A DNA stretch of 64,000 nt from Eledone cirrhosa (GCA_964016885.1 OZ024751.1:22320001-22384000); one strand, 5' to 3'. Counted from the stretch's first letter, positions 27,198-41,006 are shown. Notes: generated by a model from the sequence alone, not told the origin. Numbers and translations are program-made.

Positions 27198-27989
27198 ATA
27201 ATATAGAGCAGTTTTATAAATAAATATTGACATACCCTTAAAGAATGCAACCATTACTGTTGAAAGCTCCTGTTGGAAGCACATATATATATATATATAT
27301 GTGTGTATGTGTATGTGTGTGTGTGCATATATGTAATGAACCAATGTTGGATGTGATGGATGTTATCCAAATGTCTTGCTACCCCTGATTTTCCTGCCAG
27401 ATGATTTTTGCCTGTAAAATCTGGTGTTAGAAAGGGAATCCAGCCATAAAAAGCAAGCTAAAATCAGTTCTGTATGAGCAAGACATGATCACCTGACCTG
27501 ACTTGCCTCATAATATGAGAACCCATGTAGCCCATGTAAGTTTTGAAAATAGACATTAAACAATGATGATGATGATGATGATGATATTTGGCAAGGACAT
27601 CCAGCAATAAAAAACAAGCTAGAAACAGTTCTGTATGAGTAGGACATGGTCACCTGACACTGATCAGACATATCTCATAACGTGACAACCCATCTAACCC
27701 ATGCAAGCATTGAAAATAGACATTAAACGGTGATGATGATGCTGATGATGAGGATGATAGTGATGATATTTAAATAAAAATACAAAAATAAAAAAAAAAA
27801 CATGTATATAAAATATTTCTGTCTGCGTGTCTGTGTGTCTAGCAGAAGTAACAGCAGCAGCAGCAGCAGCAATAGAAGAAAGACTTGACTGGCTAAACTT
27901 AATTCCTTACATTAAATACATTTTCCAGCGAGACAATGTGAAGACAATGAAATCATGTTGCTAAGATGTTTTACAATTACATTATGTTC

Positions 27990-29070
27990 ACCATAACAAC
28001 AATAACAGCAACAACAACAACAAGAGCAATAACAACAATAAGAGCTTCAAAAAACTCAACAACACACAACAGCAACAAAAACAACAACAACAACAACAAC
28101 AAGAGCTAGAGAAAAAATAATAAAATCAACTATATACATGAGCAAAAATAAGAGCTAGAACAACAACAACAACAACAACAACAACAGCCGCTAGAACAAA
28201 AACAACAACATCAACCACTAGAACAAAAACAGCAACAACATAACAACACACAACAAAAACATGAAGAAAAACAGAGACAACAACAAAATAAACAGCAAGA
28301 ACAATAACAACCAAATCAACAATAGCAAAAATAAAATCAACAACATCAAAAACAACAAAACAACAACAACAGCAATCACAAAAATAACAACAAAATTAGC
28401 AACAATAACAATAACAAAAAAAAACAACAACAGTCATATGTACATAAAAATATATCAAAATCGAAAATCCAAGAGTAACAACAACAACAACAATAACTAA
28501 TGCAACAATTACAGATATAAATATATTAGACAGTAATTAATAATAATATAAATGATATTAAATAATTAACAAACACATCAAGAATAATTACAATCTACAG
28601 TAACAACAACAACAACAGTAACAACAACAAAGGCAATAGTGACAACAAGAACAACAACAACAACAGTAACAATAACAACAACAGTAACAACAACGAAGGC
28701 AATAGTGACAAGTACAACAACAACAACAGTAACAATAGTAACAACAGCATCAGCAGCAGCAATAACAACAACAAAGGCAATAGTGACAACAAGAACAACA
28801 ACAAATAACAACAACAACAGTAGCAATAACAACACCAGTAACATCAGCAGCAGTAACAACAATAGTAACTGTAACAACATCAGCAATAACAACAGTTACA
28901 ACAACAAGAACAGTAACAACAAGAACAGTAACAACAATAGCAGAAATACAACAACTGTAACAACATCAACAATAACAATAATAGCAGTGATAACAACAAC
29001 AGTAACAACATCAACAGCAGCAACAATAACAACAAAGTCAATGGTAACAGCAACAACAACAACACAAACA
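27990..29070. repeat. (AAC)n-derived low-complexity tract
   Basis: Directly visible. Confidence 0.85.
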
Positions 29071-29288
29071 TGTGTATGGTGGGTTTAGATAAAAAAAAAA
29101 TTGCATTTGTTGTTGTTGTTGTTGTTGTTGTTGTATTGCTGTAACCATAGCAACAAACATCTTTAGTTTCATTGTTAAGTTATATTTAACAGTTTTAGTC
29201 TGTTTCAAGCTTCATTTGATTCTGGAAAACATTGGTGTCTGTGTGTGTGTTTATTGTGTGCGTATGTGTGTGGGAGTATGCGTGCATG

Positions 29289-29319
<31 letters not shown>

Positions 29320-29922
29320 CATATATAAACACACACACACACACCACACATACATACACCCACGCACACATATATATATATAACCAGTCAAATACTGGGG
29401 CTGATTCTTCCTCTATATCTTTGTCTCCTTTCCATTCTCTCACATTCTCTATCCTTCTCTGGGAGAAGGATAGAGAATGTGACCCCATTACCAAAGGTAC
29501 TGCTGTAGTCGATGGCAGTCGGGTTCATAAGCCGTGCTAAGTGGATATCGGAATGAAATGCCTATTGAGGAAGGGAAATTCTTGTTCCATCTTAGGCTAC
29601 ATTACTAACTTGCATATTATGCAACTTGGAGTGCAGTTTATGGATTCCTAGAAACCTATCAAAGATATTTATCATTTAATATCTAATATATATCGATCAG
29701 GTCCAGGTATGTCTTTAACTTGTTTGTATTTTTGTTGTTGTTGTATTAAGGTGACAGCACGCCTCTGGTCACATTTTTCATTGTGTCACATTACCTAAGT
29801 CATGTTGTTACTCTGAGCATTAATTTATTGATTTCTTCTTATTGAGTGCTTCGTGGCAGCCTTCAAAAATCGATTGCGAACCTGCTACCTGCAGCTGCAA
29901 CTTTGGTTATACTCACTATTAT

Positions 29923-29985
<63 letters not shown>

Positions 29986-30310
29986 TACATATACATATAT
30001 CATCATAATCATTTTAAGTCCATTTTTCCATGCTTGCATGGGTTATTTATACATGGTGGCTGTAATCTCCTTATGGGGTGTGACCACCTTTCACACTTCC
30101 TTCTTCTTGAGTCCTTCATGTAGGCATTTAGACTACACCTATTTATATGACTTTCAACCAGAAAAATCTTTTCGAAATTACCCCTTTTATTGTAACATAT
30201 AGTAGTTTGAGGTGATTTTAGTCCATGAAAGTTCAGGCTTTTGATCCGGTGACCTCTATAACATTCGCTACACACATTCTTCTATTCACTTTCTAAGCAC
30301 TAATATGTAT

Positions 30311-30370
<60 letters not shown>

Positions 30371-30795
30371 TCATATATATAAATATATATATAAATATAT
30401 ATTATCCATAACACATTCCTACCAGCTTTAAAACATTATTTACTGCTAATCGTCTGTTTGCAACACATCTAACTTTACAACACAAAATATTTCTATTGCT
30501 ATGAACATTTGCGATACACATTATTCAATTGACTAGCTGAAAACACTAAAATATGTATATACATTTTCCCAATAACATTTCTTCAAACTAAATTATCTAA
30601 TTAAATTATCAATGTACATTTCTACAAACACATTCATATAACGTTGACTTTCATTGATGCTGTATATTAAGATCTAGAGTTTTCATATCCAAGCTCTATT
30701 TTATTTTAAATGTATTCTTAAGCCCTGAATCTTCTCAAATTCCTGCTGCATTACTTTATTTGTTATTATGCCATTGTTATATCATGTTTTACATG

Positions 30796-30889
30796 TTACA
30801 TCTGAAGAAGTGTTTTCCATATACTCAGGATTACTTAACTGTGTGAACATAATTAAAATTGAGTAGGTACAGAAATGTATATCATGTAG
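30796..30889 (+). ncRNA. Hammerhead motif with degenerate stem II
   Basis: UUACAU-CUGAAGA-..UACUCA/UGAGUA..-GAAA-UGUAUA-UC^AUGUAG. Confidence 0.5.
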
Positions 30890-31632
30890 TAAAACATAGA
30901 AATTTATCTTCCTTTCTTTGTCTCAATTCCTGTATACTTATAATTCGAAGATGTTTTCTTATAAAATGAATCTTGCTACTATGAATTATTACTATCTATG
31001 TTGAATACCAAGTGTTGTTTATATTCAGATGAATTATTTATGGTATAACATAGTTGGTGATAGGAAGGGTATCCAGCTGTAGAAACCAAGCAAAATAAAG
31101 ATCTGTAAGAACAAAACGTGATTTCTGAACCTTATTTGTCTCGTAACATGACAACCTTTTTATCTCTTGCAAGCATGAAACAGTTCTAGGTTGATAAAGT
31201 AAAGTACCAGTGAAGTACTAGGGTTGATTCTTCCTTTATATATCTTTCTCACTTCCTTTCTATCACTCTCTCTTTCCTTCTATGGAAGAACTCAGCTGTG
31301 TTCAAAACAGGTTTTAAAAACAAATACCCAAGAAACATTTTATGTCACTATGCTACCCTTACAATTTCACCCATCAGGATTTTCAGGTCCATACACACAC
31401 ACACACACACACATATATAATAATAATAATGAAATTATTGTGTACAGTGCTCAGGTGCACTACAACTCATCAAAGGTGCATGTATAGTACATAGAATAAT
31501 ATACAAATGTCAGGGAAGTGAATAGCGTATGAGTCATGATATACATGTGTACGTGTGTATAGAGGGGGAATATTAGGTGTATAAGATGTATATAAGTGTG
31601 TATTGAGTATCTCTTCCTTTCATGTTGCTTAC

Positions 31633-31666
<34 letters not shown>

Positions 31667-31745
31667 AATCTGGATAGAACCAGTTTGAAACTGGTTATAC
31701 CATTATTCAACAGAGTACTTGATACTTCTGGTAGTAGAGTATGTT

Positions 31746-31860
31746 TATATTATAAAGAGTTGGGACTGAGTTCTTGCCATTTCAACAGCTAGCTCCAGAC
31801 TCTGAATCTGGAACTAGCTGTTAAAACGTCAAGAACTCAGTCCCAACTCTTTATAATATA
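31746..31860. mobile_element. Fold-back palindrome carrying a hammerhead 3' half
   Basis: Arms centred on AACAGCTAGCTCCAGA/TCTGGAACTAGCTGTT, then (G/A)AAACGTC. Confidence 0.6.
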
Positions 31861-31919
31861 TATATATATAATTTTTTTAATAATTTATCTTGACTCTGTT
31901 TTCCGTTTATTTTTCACCG

Positions 31920-32196
31920 AAACATGCTTTCCAGCATAGTTACGTCCCTTTACGATCTGAGTTCAAATCCCGCCGAGGTTAACTTTGCCTTTCATCCTTA
32001 CGGGGCCGATAAAATAAAGTACCAGTAATACACTGGGTAATTGCTGGCCTTGTGCCAAAAGTAGAAACAATTATATATAGTGGAGTTCAAATCCCACCGA
32101 GGTTAACTTTGCCTTTCATCCTTACGGGGCCGATAAAATAAAGTACCAGTAATACACTGGGTAATTGCTGGCCTTTTGCCAAAAGTAGAAACAATT
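31920..32196 (+). mobile_element. SINE family B with tandem duplication of its 3' half
   Basis: GAGTTCAAATCCC..GTAGAAACAATTA occurs twice. Confidence 0.8.
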
Positions 32197-32649
32197 ATAC
32201 ATAGTGGAGTGGGGAGGCCAAGGTAGAGGAAGACCTGGATGTAGTGGTGAGAGCTGATCTCAGATAGCTAAAGCTCACGGAGGAGATGACAAAGGAATGA
32301 GATAAGTGGGGAGATGCTGTACTGAGAAGGACCGATACACCCAACACATGCAAAGCATGGAACAATGGATGTAAAATGTTGATGATGATATATATTATTC
32401 TCTCTCATGTTCACACACAGCTATATATATATACATATAGATATATATGTATATATATATCTATAAATATATCTATATCTATAGACACACATATATATAT
32501 ATATGATAATAATAAATGCATTGAGTGCTCAAGTTGGTGAAGCAACAGTAACATGAAGTGACAAATCATTAAACTATATCATCATCATCTTCATCATCAC
32601 TCTTACATCCGATTTCTACACTTGCATAGTTTAATTGTAAGATATATAT

Positions 32650-33295
32650 ATCATCATCATCATCATTTTACGTCCGCTTTTCCCTGCTTGCAAGGGTGGG
32701 ACGGGTCTTATTCAGCACAGCATCTCTCCACTCGTCACGGTCCCTCGTCATCTCCACCGTGAGCTTCAATGATCTGAGGTCTGTTCTCACCACCTCCGCC
32801 CATGTTTTTCGTGGTCTACCTCTACCACGTCTCCCTTCAACTGGCATTTCCTGGCACTTCTTCACCCATCGGTCATCCTCCATGCGCATCACATGTCCAT
32901 ACCACCTCAGTCTCCTCTCCCGTACACTACATTCTATCCCTCTCAGACACAGTTTCTCTCTCAACACATTTATGCTGGGTCGTTCACGCACATTTACACT
33001 GCACATCCAACGGAGCATGCTTGCCTCATTTCTCTCCAGCCGTTGCATATCCTCTGCAGTTGCTGCCCATGTCTCACTACCATGCAGCATCACGCTCCTC
33101 ACACAGGCATCATACAACCGGCCTTTCGTACGCAGGAGAAACCCTTCTTCGTCAACAGAGGAAGCAGCTCCCTAAACTTCTTCCAACCCGTCCTTATTCT
33201 AGATACTATGGCCTCGGAACACCCTCCTCCCATGCTAATCTGATCTCCTAGGTACCGGAAGCTATCCACCACTTCTATAGCGCCCTCTTGCATTT
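32650..33295 (-). mobile_element. RTE LINE 3' fragment, frameshifted
   Basis: IEVVDSFRYLGD..WKKFRELLPLL..YDACVRSVMLHGSETW..RLRWYGHV..GRGRPRKTW; (TGA)n tail. Confidence 0.92.
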
Positions 33296-33371
33296 GAAAA
33301 ATGTGTTTATCAGTGCGACTATATATATATGTATATAGTTTAATGCTTTTATATATATATATATGTAACAA

Positions 33372-33445
33372 GCTGTCTGATGATGACACAACACTCGCAC
33401 ACAGAACAGTGGTGCCAGTGTCGTCACTGAAATATATATCACAGC
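33372..33445 (+). ncRNA. Hammerhead motif with imperfect stem II junction
   Basis: GCUGU-CUGAUGA-UGAC..GUCA(CU)-GAAA-UAUAUA-UC^ACAGC. Confidence 0.55.
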
Positions 33446-33512
33446 ATTATTATTAAAGGACTTGAACATCTGAAACTACTTCGCTTTTCCTTATTCTATA
33501 TGTGTGTGGTGT

Positions 33513-33575
33513 GTATATAGTTTAATGGTTTTATATATATATATATGTGTGTGTGTGTATATAGTTTAATGGTTT

Positions 33576-33606
<31 letters not shown>

Positions 33607-33623
33607 ATATAGTTTAATGGTTT

Positions 33624-33660
<37 letters not shown>

Positions 33661-33675
33661 ATAGTTTAATGGTTT

Positions 33676-33710
<35 letters not shown>

Positions 33711-33811
33711 ATATAGTTTAATGGTTTTATATATATATATGTGTGTGTGTATATAGTTTAATGGTTTTTTATATATATATATATATGTGTGTGTGTGTAT
33801 ATAGTTTAATG

Positions 33812-33854
<43 letters not shown>

Positions 33855-33871
33855 ATATAGTTTAATGGTTT

Positions 33872-33904
<33 letters not shown>

Positions 33905-33923
33905 ATATAGTTTAATGGTTTTT

Positions 33924-33956
<33 letters not shown>

Positions 33957-33967
33957 ATAGTTTAATG

Positions 33968-34022
<55 letters not shown>

Positions 34023-34039
34023 ATATAGTTTAATGGTTT

Positions 34040-34070
<31 letters not shown>

Positions 34071-34131
34071 ATAGTTTAATGGTTTTATATATATATATAT
34101 GTGTGTGTGTGTGTATATAGTTTAATGGTTT

Positions 34132-34162
<31 letters not shown>

Positions 34163-34179
34163 ATATAGTTTAATGGTTT

Positions 34180-34214
<35 letters not shown>

Positions 34215-34227
34215 ATATAGTTTAATG

Positions 34228-34272
<45 letters not shown>

Positions 34273-34289
34273 ATATAGTTTAATGGCTT

Positions 34290-34322
<33 letters not shown>

Positions 34323-34339
34323 ATATAGTTTAATGGTTT

Positions 34340-34370
<31 letters not shown>

Positions 34371-34387
34371 ATATAGTTTAATGGTTT

Positions 34388-34420
<33 letters not shown>

Positions 34421-34437
34421 ATATAATTTAATGGTTT

Positions 34438-34476
<39 letters not shown>

Positions 34477-34585
34477 ATATAGTTTAATGGTTTTATATAT
34501 ATATATATATGTGTGTGTGTGTATATAGTTTAATGGTTTTATATATATATATATATATGTGTGTGTGTATATAATTTAATGGTTT

Positions 34586-34620
<35 letters not shown>

Positions 34621-34637
34621 ATATAGTTTAATGGTTT

Positions 34638-34672
<35 letters not shown>

Positions 34673-34733
34673 ATATAGTTTAATGGTTTTATATATATAT
34701 ATATATGTGTGTGTGTATATAGTTTAATGGTTT

Positions 34734-34772
<39 letters not shown>

Positions 34773-34805
34773 ATATATAGTTTAATGGTTTTATATATAT
34801 ATATA
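33513..34805. repeat. Compound minisatellite AGTTTAATGGTTTT(AT)n(GT)n, roughly 25-30 units
   Basis: Constant 14-nt core with variable dinucleotide runs. Confidence 0.9.
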
Positions 34806-35243
34806 TTGCTATCTCTCTCTCAAGGTCAATATCTAAATCAAAATGAATCAATTGAAATAGTTATAAACAGGAAATTAAATCAAGCTCTGGATACAGCTCA
34901 GATCAGATCAGATATACTGACAGTTTACTTTCCTCTTCAGTCGGGCATAGTATTAGGTCTTTAATCTAGAATCTTGAAAGGTTTATTGGTTCTTATTGAT
35001 TATATTGAACTGTGTCAGTCCATGGACAGCTGCTCTAATCTAAATAGTTGAGCTCTTGTTTATATTGGATAGTGAAAATGTGACATGATTGTGGGGAAAA
35101 TAATTTTTTTTTTTCCTTTTTACTATAGAAGATAAGTAGAGGCAGATTTATGAGTAAACAACTCTGTGTGCATGTATGTATATATTCATATGTATATATA
35201 TATTTAATATGTATGCATATATGTATTTATCTATGTATGTACG

Positions 35244-35277
<34 letters not shown>

Positions 35278-35292
35278 CAAATATATATATAT

Positions 35293-35391
<99 letters not shown>

Positions 35392-35909
35392 CATATATTA
35401 TATATCTACATATATTATAAATAATGTCCAAAACGTCAAAACTCTTTTCCTATTATTTCAGGCATCGAACTAATATATTTCTTCATTGTACTGTGTTATT
35501 TGCTTTGTTATTTCTGTTTACTTTTTACACACATATAATATATATAAAGGGTGAGCCATAGGTAACTAGACAGTCAATGCATATTGATTGCAAGGTTCAC
35601 AGTTAACTTTTTGAACATCTGCTTATTTGAGTGTGATCAGCCATGGTTCATCATCATCATTTCATTTTACGTCCGCTTTTTCCCTGCTTGCAAGGGTGGG
35701 ACGGGAACTGATGCTGGCTTGATTTCTACAGCTGGATGCCCAGGTTATATATTTTAAACTATTTTTGTTAGCTATATTAATAATTTCGTAATGCATGACC
35801 AAAATTTTAGTAAATATTATTATTTGGAATATAAATGTCTGACTTATCTCACAACGGAACAACTCGTTTAATTCATGCTTGTGTGAAAATTGGGCGTTAA
35901 ATAGTGATG

Positions 35910-35944
<35 letters not shown>

Positions 35945-36298
35945 GGACATTCAAACAATGACTATATATATATATATATATATATGAAGAAATATATATA
36001 TGTATTGAAGAAATATATATATTGATGACCCCCTTTGGTCATGAATGACCATGTGATTTGCACTGATGATGTCCAAGGGAAAGGTAATGGCTGATACAGC
36101 TTGGCTCCAGCGACGTCGCAACTCATTTCTACAGCTGAGTAAACTGGAGCAATATGAAATAAAGTGTCTTGCTCAAGGACACAACGGATCTCCTGGTCCA
36201 AGAATTGAAATCACGACCTTTCAATTGCAAGTCCAATGCTCTAACCACTAAGCCATGCACATGTACATATGTATATATAAACATCACATAATTAGAAG

Positions 36299-36529
36299 TG
36301 GAATTAGTAACTTTGCTGTATTTTTTTGACTATAGAAAATAATCTAATAATAAAAGAATGTATAAGCCCCTAGAATGGAAAAAATGGGCATTAGTGTACA
36401 TGTGGAATGATCCCACACATCTTATTCCCACACATGCTGATGCCTATATTTTTTCAATTCTAGTTCCCTTATACACTGATATTATTGTAATATTTGTAGT
36501 AAAAAGAATATCGCAAAGTTAGTAATTCT
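36299..36529. mobile_element. Degenerate fold-back MITE
   Basis: GAATTAGTAACTTTGC / GCAAAGTTAGTAATTC ends, with inner arms TGTATAAG..CTAGAAT..AAAAAAT..GGCAT also complementary. Confidence 0.55.
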
Positions 36530-36904
36530 ATTCAATATATGTATATATCTGTGTGAATACCCATAGGTTTTGTAGCTCCTTTTTTATATGATAATTTTGG
36601 TATTGTATGTATGTGTTCTTTGATTAATAAAGAATGGATTATTGTTGTAAATTTGATATCTCAGTCATTGATATTATTCAACTGGAAAAATTGCCCAAAT
36701 GAACATCAAGCTGCTGTCCATAGTCTCAGATAGTCATGATGTTTGGAAGGTCCTTGCTGTTTCCAGTAGGCCTTTGAAGTGTTTCATATTATTACTATTA
36801 TTATTATTGTACCCCCTACCACACACACAGTCTATATAACCTGCCCTTGTAATATCCCATTCACTGACACCCATGTGGTAAATAAAAGAAATCATTATTA
36901 TTTT

Positions 36905-37097
36905 ATGGGTGGTGGATTGGCAGTATCGGTAGAGGGTCGGACGCCATGCTTTGACACATAGAATTACGCCCCTTTACGATCTGAGTTCAAATTCCGCCGA
37001 GGTTGACTTTGCCTTTCATCCTTACGGGGTCGATAAAATAAAGTACCAGTAATGCACTGGGTGATTGCTGGCCTTGTGCCTAAAGTAGAAACAATTA
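36905..37097 (+). mobile_element. SINE family B, full length
   Basis: Head, B-box and body as at 17768. Confidence 0.85.
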
Positions 37098-37369
37098 TTA
37101 TTTTTATGGCAATTATTATTATTATTATCATCATTGTTGTTGTCGTCGTTTTCATATAAGCAGTATGACAGAAACTATTGCAGTAACTTTATATCAAGAA
37201 ATAATATCTTTATAAATATGTAGATTGAATTGTATATTTTCTGTCCATAGAAATAAATCTATGGAAACACAAAAGCATCACCCATAACTAAACCACCAAA
37301 ATCTAAAAATAAATTCAATGCAAGCTTTGCAGAAAGAAAGAAAGAAAGAAAGAAGAATCATCTACTTAC

Positions 37370-37651
37370 ATTGAACGATGAGGTTCATTGATTCCTGCGA
37401 TATTAGTGCACCATATATATGTGATTCTGATTTTGCAGTGCATGTGTACTGGCCAGCTTGGTTTCTGCTTATATTCTTCAGCTCTAGAATCACAGGACTG
37501 TTCTCAAATGTATGGTTGCTGTCGTTTACTAAAACCTGCCCAAACTGTAATGATACTTGAGGACTTGGGTTACCTTCGGCTGAACACTGAAGTGTTTTGT
37601 CTTGACTTTCACTGACTGTAGAATCTTCTGTCAGTTCAATTGCCGGACGGT
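37370..37651 (-). CDS. IgSF receptor exon: Ig domain (absent from the ORF track)
   Basis: ttttcag|AC CGT CCG..GTT CAA T|gtaagt, 282 nt; RPAIELTEDSTVSESQDKTLQCSAEGNPSPQV..LELKNISRNQAGQYTCTAKS..MNLIVQ. Confidence 0.92.
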
Positions 37652-37980
37652 CTGAAAATATATTTGCAAAAATATATATAAATCTTCCTGCTATATCAAA
37701 TGTTAAACTAATATATTAATATATTTCTTCATTGAACTGTGGCATTTGCTTCGTTATTTCTGTGTATATACACATTGTAAATTTGGTTGGTGTTAGGAAG
37801 GGCACCCAGCCATAGAAAACCTGCCAGGGACAGTTCTGCATGAGTGAGACACGGTCTCTCGCCCAATCCCGCCTGAAGTGGAACAAAATTGTCCAACCCA
37901 TGCTAGCATGGAAGATGAGGGTTAAACAATGATGATGATGATGATGATGATGATGATGGTGTGTGTGTGTGCAAAAAAGC

Positions 37981-38087
37981 AAAAGTGAAAACGCACAGAG
38001 GTATATATAAAGATAATTATTTTTTTTTAATCTGTCGGATTAAAGAAAAAAATAATCTTTAAATATACCTCTGTGCTTTTCACTTTT
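37981..38087. repeat. Imperfect palindrome, ~50-bp arms
   Basis: AAAAGTGAAAA.GCACAGAGGTATAT / ATATACCTCTGTGCTTTTCACTTTT. Confidence 0.7.
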
Positions 38088-38155
38088 ACTTTTTACCTAT
38101 AACCTTTGATTTGCATGGAACTTTACTCCCCTTCAACTACACACACATATATATA

Positions 38156-38246
38156 AAGGGTGTCCTCCAAAAATGTATACATCATTCTAATAAATATTGC
38201 CTGTACAGGTAATCAAAGTGTGTATACATGCTTTTGAGGCACCCTG
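38156..38246. mobile_element. ~90-bp Tc1/mariner-type MITE
   Basis: TIRs AAGGGTGTCCTCCAAAAATGTATACA / TGTATACATGCTTTTGAGGCACCCTG in a TA/TG context. Confidence 0.6.
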
Positions 38247-39944
38247 TGTGTATATATATGTAGTTCAAGATCAATAAGATGAACATAAAGATACAGTAAC
38301 AGTGTCAGGAGAAAATGAACCGAGTACAGACCAGGAAGTGGCATCCAGCCATAGAAACCATGCCAAAATGGAACATATGAACAAAACACAGCCATTGTCT
38401 GACTTGTCTGTTTAGCTAGCTTCAGTGTGACAACCTATGGAAGCCATGCAAATGTGGAAAATAAACATAAAACTATGATGATAACGGCAATCACTTTGAA
38501 ATAAACAGCTCTATATTATAAGACCAGGGCTGGTTTCAGCTGGGTTTGGTAACAAAAGGGCTAGTAACAATGTGTTTATTTCTTTGTGATATTTGAGATC
38601 AAATTATCTGCAGAAATTCCAGTAACTTAACCCCTGTTCAACTAAAAAGATGTTTAACCTGTTGACTGGTGTGTATATTTTACACAGCTATAGTTGCTGT
38701 GCTGTTTTTTTTTTTTTTTCAGTATAATGACTAATTTTTTAAACAAACATTTATCAACAACACATATTTGAATGATTGACAAACGTCACATCATTAAAGT
38801 AGTAACCCCATCTAGCTTTGAAGTTATGAAGTGTTGGAAGCGAGTTCATAACTTTGAAGTTATGAACTGTTGGAAACGAGATCAAACATATTAGGACGAG
38901 ATATCTCGTCTGTGGCACTGGAATGCATAAATGTTAGGATCAGTTATCTCGTCTTCGGCACTGAAGAGGTTAACAAGAAATGGTAGAGATTCTCATTATT
39001 GGTAAGTACTTTTGGTACTATAACTTATTGATACAGGAATCGGGTGATTCTTGAGAAAGAAAAGAATTATTGCTGCTAAATTAAACAGATAGGATATATG
39101 ATAAATAAAAATAAAACAGTCTTCACATAAATAATAAATATTAATGTTTACTAAGTTTATAAATATGTATGTGTGTGTGTATATATTTATATATATATAT
39201 AAATATAAATATATATGTGCATATATACAGATATATATATATATATATATATATAAAGATAAATATATATGTGCATATACACAGATATATATTTAAAGAT
39301 AAATATATATGTGCATATACACAGACACATATATATATATATATACATAAAGATATATATATATATCATATATATATATATATATTATCAGGGAAATAAT
39401 GATATATATATATAGATATATATACACCATTATTTCCCTAAATATAGGTGCACGGGTTATATGAGTTTATCCTGCTTTAGTGATTTTTCTGGTTGATTTG
39501 AAAAAAAAAAAACCCCCAAAAACCACAAAAAAAAAAAGAAAGAAAATAGGAAGGAAGGAAGGAAGGAAGGAAAAGCAAACAAAAGACATCTACTGAAATT
39601 TCCCTCTACCTGCCGCCGGCCAGCTCCAAACTTGAACAAAGTCTGATTAAAACTGATATAAAAGTACACTGGAAGTTTTACAGAGATGTACTGTAGTACT
39701 ATTACTGCTGTTCTGTACTATATTATACTATTACTACTACTATATTGTTTAACCCTTTAGGATTTACATTACTATTGTGTTTTCACAGTGAACACTTTAC
39801 CTCACATAATTATCTCACATAATATCGAATTTATGAGATTTTGATATTATCTATTTTGAGAACAATACATAAGTATGAGCAACCAGTTATGGCTGGCTTG
39901 AACAGAAAAATGTGAGAAGATTCTGGTTGGATATAGCCGAGTTA

Positions 39945-40370
39945 AGGTGGTGAATTGGCAGAGTCATTAGAATGTCTGGCAGAATGTTTTGTGGTATTCA
40001 TCCCAGATTTCTGCTCTGAGTTCAAATTCAGCTGAAGTCAACTTTGACTTTCAACCATTTGACGTTGATAAAAAAGTACCAGTCAAGTACTGGGTCGATT
40101 CTTTCTCTATATCTCTTTCCCACTTCCTCTCTATCTTTCGAGGTCGATAAAAAAGTACCAGTCAAGTACTGGGTCGATTCTTGCTCTATATCTCTTTCCC
40201 ACTTCCTCTCTATCTTTGGAGGTCAATAAAAAAAGTACCAGTCAAGTACTGGGTCGATTCTTTCTCTATATCTCTTTCCCACTTCCTCTCTATCTTTCGA
40301 GGTCGATAAAAAAAGTACCAGTCAAGTACTGGGGTCGATTCTTCCTCTATATCTCTTTCCCACTTCTATT
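39945..40370 (+). repeat. SINE B-related element whose 3' end plus flank is repeated 4 times (~80 bp)
   Basis: GATAAAAAAGTACCAGTCAAGTACTGGGTCGATTC..TCTCTTTCCCACTTC x4. Confidence 0.8.
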
Positions 40371-41006
40371 CTCTTGAGGCAATGTTTATAGCTGGAAACA
40401 CACCCTGACAGCGACCCTTTTAGTCACTTCTTACAACATGCTAGGATATGGTATGGTGTATCTACACTAAAAACTGGGACACATGCAGATGACATACATA
40501 TCATGATCATCGTTTAATGTCCATTTTTCCAAGCTAACATGGGTTAGACCAATTGTCCTGTTGTGAGAAATGTCAGGTCAGGTGACCATGTCTTGTTCCT
40601 ACAGAACTGATTTTAGTTTGGTTTCTACAGTTGGATGCCCTTCCTAATGTCAACCACATTTACAGTGTGGGCTGGGTGTCTACCCACCTCCCAACATACC
40701 TCTCTATATATTTGTCTATCTGTCTGTCTGGCTATCTGTATAGATGAATATAAGTACCATATGGAGGAACAAAATAATGAGCAAACTGCCAAAAGTGGGT
40801 TCTGAAAACAAATACACACATACACAGACAAATACACACACACACAGACATACAAACTTATAGGTTAAGACACATACATGCAGGCCAATATGTATAAACA
40901 CACACACACACATACACCTCCCACACACACATGTAAGCCCAGACAACATACATATGCATCCCTTCTCTGAAATATGGGGCAGTTAACCAGGATAAGATGT
41001 ATTAAT

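Noticed and set aside
33513-34805. CRISPR-like repeat-spacer appearance
   Set aside because: Spacers are simple dinucleotide runs; eukaryotic context; no cas genes
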